Positions 8,763 to 18,217 of a DNA stretch of 64,000 nucleotides are shown piece by piece. Every line of letters begins with the position of its first letter. The first letter of the stretch is position 1. This DNA comes from Methanobacteriota archaeon (GTDB lineage: Archaea; Thermoplasmatota; E2; DHVEG-1), in NCBI GenBank assembly GCA_963769885.1, contig CAVYNH010000006.1, positions 160,001 to 224,000 of the forward strand, read 5' to 3'. The notes under the pieces were generated by a model. The model worked only from the letters and a program-made list of their open reading frames with translations. It was not told the DNA's origin and searched no databases. The position numbers and the translations under genes are program-made.

Positions 8763-10813
8763 CCGAACTGGCTGAAGTCGGTATCCTTGAAGAAGCTGAG
8801 GTTGAGCAGCGCCCAATCGTTGTGGCCGTTTCTCCCGTGGGAACCGTCAGAATAGTCGGGGACGAGGTAGGTGAAGTGGTAGTTCATGCAGCTGCGGTAG
8901 TTGTGGAACTCCCAGAACCCACGTTCCGATACCTTGACTGAGCAGCCGTTGTCGATGCCGCCAAACACGGCCGCGACGAGGCCGAAGGAGTGACCTAGCT
9001 CATGGAAGGCGCCGGTGAACATGAGCCAGTCCCGAGGGAAGCCTGCATGTTTGTCTTTGAGTTGTTGGCAGCCGATGGCGAAGGAGTCGAGGTTGCCCCA
9101 GCCAATGAAGGCGAAACCGCCGTACTCGGTTTTATCGCAGAAAAGCCCATAGTGGAAGACTCCTTCACGGGGGTTGTCGAGGTCGCCGTTCAGGAAGTGG
9201 TCCCAGTACCGGTCCATGATGTCTTCATAGGTGAGGATGGGGGCACCGGGGAGTTCTTCGCCGCCGCCGAGTTGCCCGGCGTCGATGTGCAGGGTAATGT
9301 TGTGGTCGGCGAATACGGCAGAGAAGCGGTCGAGGTTGCGCGTCGATATCTTGTTGCTGGCGTTGGCGTACGTGGAGGTGAGCCAGTCGATTTCGAGGAA
9401 GACGTCTTTGTGGAAGGGATTGGAGCCCATGGCGTCGGTGAAGCATTCCTGCAGATTGGTGAGGCCGTCGCCGTCAGAATCAAGATGGGCATGGTCGTCG
9501 TAAGTGAGCGGGTCGTAGCCCCATTTCGTCTCCCACCAGTCTGGTGCGCCGTCGCCGTCGGTGTCTCCGCCGGGCAGGGTCAACCGCGGGGAGTAGGCGT
9601 CGGGATGTTCAGGGGTGATGAAGACGGAGGCGATGTCCCAGGTGGCACCGGTTTGCGTTGGTGCTTTAAGGAGCCAGGGGAAATAGCGAATCTTGCCTAG
9701 TGCGAGGGTGACGCGGTCCGCGCGTCTGGAGTAGCTGTTATAGGTGGGCCCGAGGGGTGAACCCCACCAGTTGTTTCTGGCGTCCGCGGTAGTGTCCTTG
9801 GCGTAGAACCCGTAATTGGTGGTGTTTTCAAAGAGGTTGTTCGTGAGGTTCAGGGAGCTGGATTCTGGGTAGATTGCGTTTCTAAGGTTGTTGGTGAAGC
9901 TGCAGTTTTTGATAGTAATGGCCGTGGTGTTGGTGAAGTGGAGGCTGGTGTGGGTGTTTTTGTGGAAGGTGGTGTGGGTAATGGTGATGGCGGTGCTGCT
10001 TTTGATCCAGGCGCCCATCCCGTTGTTGGTGAAGATGGAGTTGTTGATGATGGTGTCAGTGGTGTTGTGGAGGATGATGCCGCCTTGGTTGTCGTTGTTG
10101 TCGTTGAAGGCGCAGGCGGTGATATAAAGATCTGTAGTGTAGGTTCCCATGAGGCCGATGCTGTTGGTGTGGAGGTGGGTGGTGTTGAGGGTGGTGTGTG
10201 TGGTGTGTTGGAGGTCAATGGCGATGGCGTTGCGGTAGGCTGCGGTGTGGTCGATGGTGATGTGGTCGCTGTCTACAGCATGGATGCCTTGTTGGTTTTT
10301 GTGGATCATGCAGTGGGTGATGGTGAGGTCGGTGTGGTTGGTGATGGTGATGCCGATGCGGTGTCGGTAGATGTTGCAGCCGGTGATAGTGGTATGGTTG
10401 GCGTGGATATCGATGGCGGCGGTGTTGGGTCGTGCCGCGGAGTTTTGGAATGTGAGGTCGGTGAGGGTGGTGTGGTCTGCGGTGATGGTGGTGATGGTGC
10501 CGGTGCCGTTGGTGGTGACGATAGTGGTGTTGCGGTCGCTGCCTTGGATGTGGAGGGTGGTGGTGATGGTGAGGTGTTCGTGGTAGGTGCCGGGGAGGAT
10601 GTAGATGGTGTCGTTGGTGGTGGCGTTGGTGATGGCGTCGGTGATGTGTTGGTAGGGGTGTTCGGGGGTGCCGTTCCAGGGTCCTTGGGTGTTGGTGATG
10701 TCGACGTAGAGGGTGGTGGGGGGGGGTGCGGGGGTGGCGGTGGTGGTGAGGGCGGGGGTGGTGAGGAGAAGGAGGATGGCGATGCTGAGGAGGTGTTTTG
10801 GCGTGGTGGTCAC
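8759..10813 (-). CDS. Secreted right-handed beta-helix protein with Ca-binding DxDxDG repeats and zincin domain
   Basis: Signal peptide; NosD/pectin-lyase-like repeats; DTDGDGAPD/DSDGDGLTN; HELGHSFGL and SCMNY Met-turn. Confidence 0.75.
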   Translation of the reverse strand: MTTTPKHLLSIAILLLLTTPALTTTATPAPPPTTLYVDITNTQGPWNGTPEHPYQHITDAITNATTNDTIYILPGTYHEHLTITTTLHIQGSDRNTTIVTTNGTGTITTITADHTTLTDLTFQNSAARPNTAAIDIHANHTTITGCNIYRHRIGITITNHTDLTITHCMIHKNQQGIHAVDSDHITIDHTAAYRNAIAIDLQHTTHTTLNTTHLHTNSIGLMGTYTTDLYITACAFNDNNDNQGGIILHNTTDTIINNSIFTNNGMGAWIKSSTAITITHTTFHKNTHTSLHFTNTTAITIKNCSFTNNLRNAIYPESSSLNLTNNLFENTTNYGFYAKDTTADARNNWWGSPLGPTYNSYSRRADRVTLALGKIRYFPWLLKAPTQTGATWDIASVFITPEHPDAYSPRLTLPGGDTDGDGAPDWWETKWGYDPLTYDDHAHLDSDGDGLTNLQECFTDAMGSNPFHKDVFLEIDWLTSTYANASNKISTRNLDRFSAVFADHNITLHIDAGQLGGGEELPGAPILTYEDIMDRYWDHFLNGDLDNPREGVFHYGLFCDKTEYGGFAFIGWGNLDSFAIGCQQLKDKHAGFPRDWLMFTGAFHELGHSFGLVAAVFGGIDNGCSVKVSERGFWEFHNYRSCMNYHFTYLVPDYSDGSHGRNGHNDWALLNLSFFKDTDFSQFG

Positions 10814-10971
10814 CTGGTGTGTGTTTGGATATGTGTGTTTTTATATTAATGCTTTCTTAGTGTGTGGAGGGGTGTGAAAATTGGGTTCGAGACCGATAAT
10901 TATTTAAGTTTATAGATATAATATAGTTATTGGCACTTGCTAGCATATGGCAGCAAGGGGGATTTGATCCT

Positions 10972-11094
10972 ATGATGAGACTCGTCGGCACGGTTGCGAA
11001 TGAGGATGAGCATCGGGAGCTGAGGTTCATCGCTGAGGTGTCGATCTTGGGTGATCGCATTCGCTCGCTTGCCCGTCAGCAGCGGAAAAAGTAG
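10972..11094 (+). CDS. Small hypothetical protein (40 aa), absent from ORF track
   Basis: MMRLVGTVANEDEHRELRFIAEVSILGDRIRSLARQQRKK; GGGGGA RBS-like and TTTATA upstream. Confidence 0.4.
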   Translation: MMRLVGTVANEDEHRELRFIAEVSILGDRIRSLARQQRKK

Positions 11095-11105
11095 CAGGGG
11101 CTTTA

Positions 11106-11348
11106 TTAGCCTTCGAGGCTTTTGGTGCCGATGAGGGTTTTGGTGTCGACGACGCCTTTTGTTGATCGGATTTTATTGATGACGATGTTACCGATGGTGT
11201 CGATGTCTTTTGCCTGGATCTTGACGAGGATGTCGTATTCTCCGAAGAGGGGGTGGACTTCGACAACCTCGGGGATGCTGGTGAGGTGTTCGTAGACGGT
11301 TTTTTCATGGAGGGGGCTGATGCTGAGGAGCGCGAATCCTGTTGCCAT
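11106..11348 (-). CDS. Stand-alone Lrp/AsnC ligand-binding (RAM) domain protein
   Basis: MATGFALLS..EVHPLFGEYDILVKI..IRSTKGVVDTKTL; start ATG 11348. Confidence 0.85.
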   Translation of the reverse strand: MATGFALLSISPLHEKTVYEHLTSIPEVVEVHPLFGEYDILVKIQAKDIDTIGNIVINKIRSTKGVVDTKTLIGTKSLEG

Positions 11349-11501
11349 GCGCTTGGAAATCTTGTGGTGCGATAAAAACGTATGCTTTAGGCGTACCTCT
11401 GGGCGACGGGGCGGGGTTTTTCTGAGGCAGAGGGGGTGTCTGGCTGTTGGAAGAACAGCTTGATTTTGCTGTTCGATCTTGTCGGCTTGTCTTTCCATTT
11501 C

Positions 11502-12092
11502 TCACAGCAGCGCCGGGAGTTCGGCGAGGGAATGGATGATCTGGTCCGCCGGAATATTGAGGCCGATGACGCGGCAGCCGGCGGCGTGGCCGGCGAGGAC
11601 GTCGTTGACGGTGTCGCCGATGAGGATCACGCGTGCGGGGGCGACGTTGAGGCGTGCGCAGGCGGTGTAGATGAGCTCGGGGTCGGGTTTGCCTTTGGCG
11701 ACGTCGTCGCTGGTGATGACTGCCTCGAAAAAGGAGGTGAGGTGGAAACGGGAGAGGATCTGGTCGACGCAGAGTCGGGGGGAGTTGGTGATGACGGCCT
11801 TGCGGTACTGCGGGAGCTGCTCCAGTGTCGGTTTTGTGGTATCATAGAGTCTGGTGCAGTCGAGGTACTGGGCGTAAATCTGGTTGCAGAACGGGCCGAT
11901 GGCTTCGGGGAGGCCGAGTTTTTTGAGGTTGTCGTAGAGGTCGTGGCCCCAGAACTGGTGGATGAACTGGGGCCGGGTGAGGGCGGGGTGGTGGAAGGCT
12001 TCGAGGGCGGCGTTGAGGGCGTGCCACCAGGAGTCGAGGGAGTCAACGAGGACGCCGTCCATGTCAAAGAGCAGGGCGTCGGCTGTGGTCAT
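11502..12092 (-). CDS. HAD-superfamily hydrolase (phosphoglycolate phosphatase-like)
   Basis: FDMDGVLVDS, KPDP, IGDTVND. Confidence 0.9.
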   Translation of the reverse strand: MTTADALLFDMDGVLVDSLDSWWHALNAALEAFHHPALTRPQFIHQFWGHDLYDNLKKLGLPEAIGPFCNQIYAQYLDCTRLYDTTKPTLEQLPQYRKAVITNSPRLCVDQILSRFHLTSFFEAVITSDDVAKGKPDPELIYTACARLNVAPARVILIGDTVNDVLAGHAAGCRVIGLNIPADQIIHSLAELPALL

Positions 12093-12123
12093 GGGTGGTC
12101 CTCGTCAGGTTGGAAAATGGTGG

Positions 12124-12561
12124 TTATTTGACCATCTGGCGGATGCGGCTGATGATCTCGGTTTTTTGTTTCTCGTCGAGGTCCTGATCGAGCCTGGGGT
12201 AGAGGGAGACTTCTTCGAAGGTCTTGTGGCTGAGGAGGAGCTCTTTCATCTCTCTGAAGGGGGTGGGCTGCTGCCACATGATGTTTTTACGTATCGCGGC
12301 GAGGTAGGCGCTGAGTTCGTCGTGTTGTTTCATCAGGTCTGGGATGATCTGGTAGCCTTCGAAGACGTTGGTGGGGGTGTAGGAGGTGAAGATCGCTTTT
12401 TCTTCGGTGAACATGTGTTTCTCGAGTTCCCATTCGAAGGTGTTGAAGACCTTGAGTGTCTCGGTGACTTCTTTGCCGAGGCTGCGTTCGACGTTGGTGA
12501 GGAGCTTGATGATTTTCGCGTGGTCCGCTGTCATAAGTTCGAGGATTGCGGTGGATTTCAT
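12124..12561 (-). CDS. Hemerythrin-like domain protein
   Basis: DH..HMFTEE..QH..HKTFEE..LYP pattern. Confidence 0.75.
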   Translation of the reverse strand: MKSTAILELMTADHAKIIKLLTNVERSLGKEVTETLKVFNTFEWELEKHMFTEEKAIFTSYTPTNVFEGYQIIPDLMKQHDELSAYLAAIRKNIMWQQPTPFREMKELLLSHKTFEEVSLYPRLDQDLDEKQKTEIISRIRQMVK

Positions 12562-12721
12562 GAGAAACGCCTTCTTGGCAGGAAAGAAGACAAGGGGTTT
12601 TATAACGATTCCTCTTGCTTTGGTGGGATTCGACGTCGGGAAGGGGCGTCAATCTGTGCTTATTGAATGTAGAAATATATTAAAATATGGAGAAAGCGAT
12701 ACTTTGGTCTGTCGGGATTGT

Positions 12722-13903
12722 ATGAATGGACAGAGAGGCATTGGTAGGATCTGTTGCTGTTTCGTTTCTGTTTTGTGGTTGACAAGAGTCGCGTCCGTGT
12801 CTTCCTTGGCAATTCCTGATGGTTCACCGAGGGGCATTGTTTATGTTGGAGGAGGCGGCCCTGGTAATTATACAAGGATTCAGGATGGAATCGACGCCGC
12901 GTTACCAGGGGATACAGTATACGTGTTCAATGCGTCCTCGCCGTACCATGAGAACGTCTTCATCAATAAATCAATTCGGTTAATGGGGGAAGATCGACCG
13001 ACCACGATTATCGACGGGGGAATGACAGGAAACGTGGTCTCAATCCTTGCAGACACGGTGCAAATCATGGGTTTCACCATTCAGTTCAGTGGATATTACA
13101 AGAGCGGGGTGGAAGTTTCTGGTTCGCAGTGCGAGATTGCGAATGATACATTCAGGGAGGATTTTTTCGGCGTGTGGGTCAATTCGAATCTGACTTCGAT
13201 CCATGATAACATTTTTGGCGACAACAATGACAGCGTTACTATCTCCTACTTCTCAAACTGTAATCGGATTTTCAGCAATTCGATATATAGTTCAATACAT
13301 GCGATTATGTTGCTTGGTCTTGGGAACAATGTCTCTGAGAATCTCATGTCCTCGAATCGCTGGGGCATCCTGGTGTCTGGGGATATGAACACTATCTATC
13401 ACAATACGATTACGCCCTGTGAGAATACCGGCCTGGAAATCGCGGCGACGAAGACTGCGGTTATTGGAAATACCGTCGAATTGGCTGATACTGGGATTGA
13501 GGTTGGAAGCGAGGCTTCAGACTTGCTCGTGAAATCCAACAACGTGTCGCAGTGCAACTACGGGATTTATCTATGGGGCATCACGGCGAATGCCGCCCTT
13601 GTCACCGAGAATTCTTTCACTGACAGTCTGTTCGGGACATGGGTTTATCAGTGCACAGGGGTAAACATTTCCAAAAACAATTTCAGGGATAATACGGTCA
13701 ATGCGGAGTTCAGGACGTTACCGAAGCTCAGGAATATATGGGCGGAGAATTACTGGGATGACGGCCATGGGAGGCTCCCCTACCGAATTTATGGAAAAAA
13801 TCGGGTGTTTTCATTTGACCATGGCTATTTCCATTTCGAAATCAATCTACCATGGATGAACGTCGACTGGCATCCGGCGACGACGCCCTACAATTTCTCT
13901 TAA
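12722..13903 (+). CDS. Secreted NosD-like right-handed beta-helix protein
   Basis: Signal peptide, VYVGGGGPGNYTRIQDGID, Asn-ladder repeats, NYWDD, C-terminal WMNVDWHPA. Confidence 0.8.
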   Translation: MNGQRGIGRICCCFVSVLWLTRVASVSSLAIPDGSPRGIVYVGGGGPGNYTRIQDGIDAALPGDTVYVFNASSPYHENVFINKSIRLMGEDRPTTIIDGGMTGNVVSILADTVQIMGFTIQFSGYYKSGVEVSGSQCEIANDTFREDFFGVWVNSNLTSIHDNIFGDNNDSVTISYFSNCNRIFSNSIYSSIHAIMLLGLGNNVSENLMSSNRWGILVSGDMNTIYHNTITPCENTGLEIAATKTAVIGNTVELADTGIEVGSEASDLLVKSNNVSQCNYGIYLWGITANAALVTENSFTDSLFGTWVYQCTGVNISKNNFRDNTVNAEFRTLPKLRNIWAENYWDDGHGRLPYRIYGKNRVFSFDHGYFHFEINLPWMNVDWHPATTPYNFS

Positions 13904-13906
13904 TCA

Positions 13907-14746
13907 TTATTCAAGCGCAGCGAGCCGGGAGGCGGCCTCAGAGACGTAGACGGGGTCGATGTCGAAGCCAATGAAGGGAAGACGTAGTCTTTTGCTTGCG
14001 ACTGCGGTCGAGCCGCTGCCCATAAAAGGGTCCAGAACGAGTTTGATGCTGGGGAGGCCGTGGAGCCGCAGACACATCTCCGGGAGTTTGTCGGGGAAGA
14101 CGGTGGGGTGGGGGCGGGCGGACTGGATGGTCTCATACGGGATGAACCAGGTATTGCCACGCTCGCGGAGGTCTTGGGTCGCGGTCTTCCAGCGGCCGAT
14201 GTTACTTTTGTCCTGGTAGTGGACGCCGACGGCGTGCTTGTCGAGGGGGACGTCGCCGGTTTTGGTGAAGTGGAAGATGTACTCGTGGCAGCCGCTGAGG
14301 AACTTGGGGCTGTTGACGGGTTGGTAGTGGCCGACCGCGATGTCGTGCTGCATGTGAGGGTAGGCGCCGGCATCGGCTTTAGGGATGGCGATGGATTTGA
14401 CCCAGTGGATGACGTTCTGGAGGATGAAGTGTGGTTTGAAGCGGGCGGCGAGGTCAAGGGGAATCCACTGGTCGGTGGGTTTGCCGCCGATGTTGAGGAA
14501 GAACGAGCCGTGGTCCGTGAGTATGGTTTTGCAGGCGACCGCGACGCCCTCCATCCAATCGAGGTACTCGTCTCTGGGGAGGTTGTCGTCGTGGGTGTGG
14601 TACGGTTTGCCGATGTTGTATGGTGGTGAGGTGACGATGACCTCGGGGTGAAGGTGTTGGGCGGCCATGAGGCGCATACCGGTGAGGCAGTCCATGAGGT
14701 AGATGGTGTTCGGCTGGAGAATGGGGTCAGTGATAGTGTGTTGCAT
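13907..14746 (-). CDS. Orphan DNA methyltransferase, beta class (probably N4-cytosine)
   Basis: TSPPY motif IV before DPFMGSG motif I; HPTVFP; no adjacent endonuclease. Confidence 0.88.
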   Translation of the reverse strand: MQHTITDPILQPNTIYLMDCLTGMRLMAAQHLHPEVIVTSPPYNIGKPYHTHDDNLPRDEYLDWMEGVAVACKTILTDHGSFFLNIGGKPTDQWIPLDLAARFKPHFILQNVIHWVKSIAIPKADAGAYPHMQHDIAVGHYQPVNSPKFLSGCHEYIFHFTKTGDVPLDKHAVGVHYQDKSNIGRWKTATQDLRERGNTWFIPYETIQSARPHPTVFPDKLPEMCLRLHGLPSIKLVLDPFMGSGSTAVASKRLRLPFIGFDIDPVYVSEAASRLAALE

Positions 14747-14906
14747 ACGAGTGGGCCCTGGTCTTTCTTATTCGATAAGGAATTGTCGTTTAAAAGCCTC
14801 AGGGTCGGGGACTCATCCCGCACGCATTAAATTGATTTAGAATGATGTTTGAAATGTTTTATCGTCATTTTTTAATAGACCCAGTATCTTTGTGGCTGGG
14901 ATTGTG

Positions 14907-15305
14907 ATGAAAGATAAGATGAATGTCAGGAAGTTGAACCCGTTGACGCCGGAGGAGGAGCGGGTTATGGTGGGGAAAGGGACTGAAGCGCCGTTCAGCG
15001 GGGTATACAATGATTTCTTTGAGAAAGGTGTGTATGTGTGTCGGCGGTGCAACACGCCGCTGTATCGGTCGTCCGCGAAGTTTCATTCGAGCTGCGGGTG
15101 GCCGAGTTTCGATGAGGAGATTCCCGGGGCGGTGACGCGGCTCCCTGACCGCGATGGCGAGCGGATCGAGATTGTCTGTACGACCTGCGGTGCGCATCTG
15201 GGTCATGTTTTTCAGGGTGAGCGGTACACCAGGAAAAACACGCGGCATTGCGTTAATTCTTTATCGTTGAAGTTCATCCCGGGGCATGGCAGAGAGTCGC
15301 CGTGA
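14907..15305 (+). CDS. msrB: Methionine-R-sulfoxide reductase (probably N-terminal half of an MsrB-MsrA fusion)
   Basis: GTEAPF, CRRC, GWPSF, HLGHVF, RHCVNS. Confidence 0.92.
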   Translation: MKDKMNVRKLNPLTPEEERVMVGKGTEAPFSGVYNDFFEKGVYVCRRCNTPLYRSSAKFHSSCGWPSFDEEIPGAVTRLPDRDGERIEIVCTTCGAHLGHVFQGERYTRKNTRHCVNSLSLKFIPGHGRESP

Positions 15306-15817
15306 GATCGTGCTCGGGGCCGGCTGTTTTTGGTGCACAGAGGCCGCCTATTCGATGGTCCCCGGGGTCGTGTCGACGATGCCGGGGTACGCGGGTGGGA
15401 TGACAGCTCATCCGAGCTACGAGCAGGTCTGCACCGGGTCGACCGGGCATGCCGAGGTGGTCCGGGTGGAGTACAACCCGGGCCGGGTTTCGCTGGAGGC
15501 GCTGCTGGATGTGTTCATGGCAATCCATGATCCGACGTCGCTGAACCGCCAGGGTGGGGACGTAGGCACGCAGTACCGCTCGGTCATCCTGTATTCGAAC
15601 GAGGAGGACCTTGCGCGGGTCGAGGCGTACTTGCAGAACACGCAGAAGACGTTCAGCCGCCCGCTGGTGACCGAGGTGCAACGTCTTGAGGCGTTCTACC
15701 CGGCGGAGGAGTACCATCGGCAGTACTTCAAGGCGCACCCGAACGAGCTGGTACTGCCGTGTGGTGATCGCGCCGAAGCTGGAGAAGGTCAAAACGCAGG
15801 CGGCGGCGAAGCCGTGA
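15286..15817 (+). CDS. msrA: Methionine-S-sulfoxide reductase; apparent +1 frameshift at ~15750
   Basis: GCFWCTE, GHAEVV, AEEYHRQYF; removing one G from CTGGTAC restores the typical YCRVVIAPKLEK tail ending TGA 15817. Confidence 0.88.
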
Positions 15818-15927
15818 CCCGTATCGCATTCTTTGGCAGATGTTTCAGGAGATAAAAAGTACCGAACATGCTCGATAGAATTATAAAGGATCCCGAGCTT
15901 TGAAATTGTGGTTGGGGGAGCAAGAAA

Positions 15928-16074
15928 ATGAAAAAGAAAGTGGACGAAGCGTGCGATGTCTGTTGTGTGTGCGGCACGGCATGCGCACAAGATAACATTC
16001 GCCATATTACCATAAAAGGGAAAATACGGAGAATCTGTAAAGAGTGTGCTACCGCGATAAAAGGATTATCGTAG
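15928..16074 (+). CDS. Small Cys-rich zinc-finger-like protein (48 aa), absent from ORF track
   Basis: MKKKVDEACDVCCVCGTACAQDNIRHITIKGKIRRICKECATAIKGLS; GGGGGAG RBS. Confidence 0.65.
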   Translation: MKKKVDEACDVCCVCGTACAQDNIRHITIKGKIRRICKECATAIKGLS

Positions 16075-16121
16075 CGTCTGTGTTGGCATAGAAAAGGAAG
16101 AGGTATCGGGGAGGAGAATAT

Positions 16122-16532
16122 ATGGACACAAAATATGAGGAAAAATTTGGGAATCTAATCCAAGAGGCCGATTGGAAAAAAGAAAAACATGTGCCGGTTA
16201 TTGAATGCCCGGACGTCGCGAAAAAGGATCAGCTTTTCGATGTGAAGGTCGGCATCGGCAAGGAGATCGCCCATCCAAATACCACCGAACATCATATTCG
16301 ATGGATTGACTTGTTTTTTCATCCCGATGGAGAAAAGTTCCCGTACCAGATAGGTCATTTTGAGTTCACTGCTCATGGCGAGTCAACGGATGGGCCGAAT
16401 ACGAGTTCGGTGTACGCACATCATGCCGTCACTGCGTCCTTTAAGACAGGGAAACCCGGAAAAATTCATGCGCTTGCCCTCTGTAACATTCATGGCCTGT
16501 GGCAGTCCTCGAAGGAATTGAAAATCCAATAA
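16122..16532 (+). CDS. sor: Superoxide reductase (neelaredoxin/1Fe-SOR type)
   Basis: EKHVP, HPNTTEHHI, CNIHGLW ligand motifs. Confidence 0.92.
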   Translation: MDTKYEEKFGNLIQEADWKKEKHVPVIECPDVAKKDQLFDVKVGIGKEIAHPNTTEHHIRWIDLFFHPDGEKFPYQIGHFEFTAHGESTDGPNTSSVYAHHAVTASFKTGKPGKIHALALCNIHGLWQSSKELKIQ

Positions 16533-16554
16533 AAAGAGTTGGATAAGCAGTTGT

Positions 16555-18217
16555 ATGAAGGAAGACCTATTCACCTATCTTATAGGCGGCAAAGCTGGGC
16601 AAGGAACCAAAAAAGCGGGTATCGTTGCCGCGAATTTTTTCGCCCGGCTCAATCGAGAAGTCTTCCAGATGAACGACTATCCGAGTCTTATTCGTGGCGG
16701 TCATAACTTTTCAGTGGTCACTACCTCTATTAATAAAATTTTTAGTCACTATATGGAGGCGGACATCGCGGTGATTCTTGACCAACGTAGCTATGACATC
16801 CATAAGAATCATGTCAGTAAGGACGGAATCCTGGTGTTTGACGCTGATACCACAAAAGGAGAAGGGGTGGGCATTCATATTTCTTCAGAGGCAAAGAAGT
16901 ACAGCGACCCTGATTTGATCTCGGGCGTTTCCGGTGTCGCGATTCTTGCGGCTGCCGTAGGAGTCGATAAGAAAAACCTCGATGATATCATCAAGAAAGA
17001 GTATAAGGGAAACGTAGAGGACAACCTCAATTTTGCCCATGCTATTTTTGATGCTGCCGATGAAAAAATACTACGGAAGTTTTCTCTGAAACAAGGAAGC
17101 AAGAAAAAAACGATTCTCTCAGGCAGTGAGACTATCGCGTTAGGTGCGGTCGCCGGCGGTCTCGATATCTATTTTTCATACCCAATGACCCCCTCGACCC
17201 CGGTCCTTCACTATCTTGCCGGTGCTGGGAGGAGATTTGGCGTCACTACGGTGCAACCTGAGAACGAGATTGCTGTTGCCAACATGGCCATCGGTGCGGC
17301 TTTTACCGGTGCGCGGTCCATGGTCGGCACGAGTGGCGGCGGTTTTTGTCTGATGCAGGAGGCTTTCTCCTTGGCCGGCATGGTCGAAGCACCCGTGTTG
17401 TTTTTCCTTGGTCAGAGGCCCGGCCCCAGGTACCGGAGTCCCAACCTACACAGAGCAAGCTGAGCTTCGTTTTTCGCTCACCCCCGGCCAAGGGGAGTTT
17501 CCAAGGATTGTGGCATCCCCCGGGTCAATTGAAGAGGCCTTCTATCTCACTGCCGAGCTATTGAGCCTTGTGTGGCGTTTTCAGACACCGGGCATCCTGC
17601 TGTCGGAGAAACATCTCACTGAAAGCAGCATGAGTGTCGACATCGACCCTGAGAATACACGGTGGGCTGAACCAATAGCACACACAAAAGGCGAGTACCA
17701 ACGGTACCGTGACACCAACGATGGCATTTCACCTCTTTTATTTCCCCCTTCAAAAGAACTGATTAAATGGAATAGCTATGAGCATGACGAACACGGTTTC
17801 ACGACAGAGACGGCGGAAGGAATCGCCAAAATGCACGACAAACGACGCAAGAAGAAGGATAGCCTTGTGAGTTATCTGAAAACGATACATACCGTAAACC
17901 GTTACGGTGATGGGGAACCAGTGATTTTTTCCTTTGGTTCAACAACAATGAGCGTTCTGGAGGCATTGGATTTCGGGGATCTCAAGGCGACAGTGGTTCA
18001 GCCAATCTACCTGGAACCATTCCCGTACTGGGAGTTTGAGAAATATGCGACTAAAGAGGGCATCGTGGTCGAGCAAAATAGCACCGGCCAGCTTGAGTCA
18101 CTGCTGAAAGAAAAAGCAGGTGTAAAGGTGAAAAGCTCTATTCGTCAGTATGACGGGCGGCCGTTTGACCCAGTGGACCTTGCAAAGAAGATAAGGGAGG
18201 CGACCCAGGATGGCTGA
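16555..18217 (+). CDS. 2-oxoacid:ferredoxin oxidoreductase alpha subunit (gamma-alpha fusion); apparent +1 frameshift at ~17430
   Basis: GGKAGQG, SLIRGGHN, YPMTPST, TSGGG; deleting one G gives the canonical RPGPSTG and joins the two ORFs. Confidence 0.9.

Noticed and set aside
10100-10860. GGT/GTG-rich tracts as microsatellite or telomere-like repeats
   Set aside because: No fixed unit; they are the antisense of Thr/His-rich codons at a skew maximum.
12386-12721. Long N-terminal extensions in the ORF track (also 45006-45200, 24685-24774, 25748-25870, 11349-11498)
   Set aside because: They overlap neighbouring genes or promoters; downstream ATGs match signal peptides or family starts.
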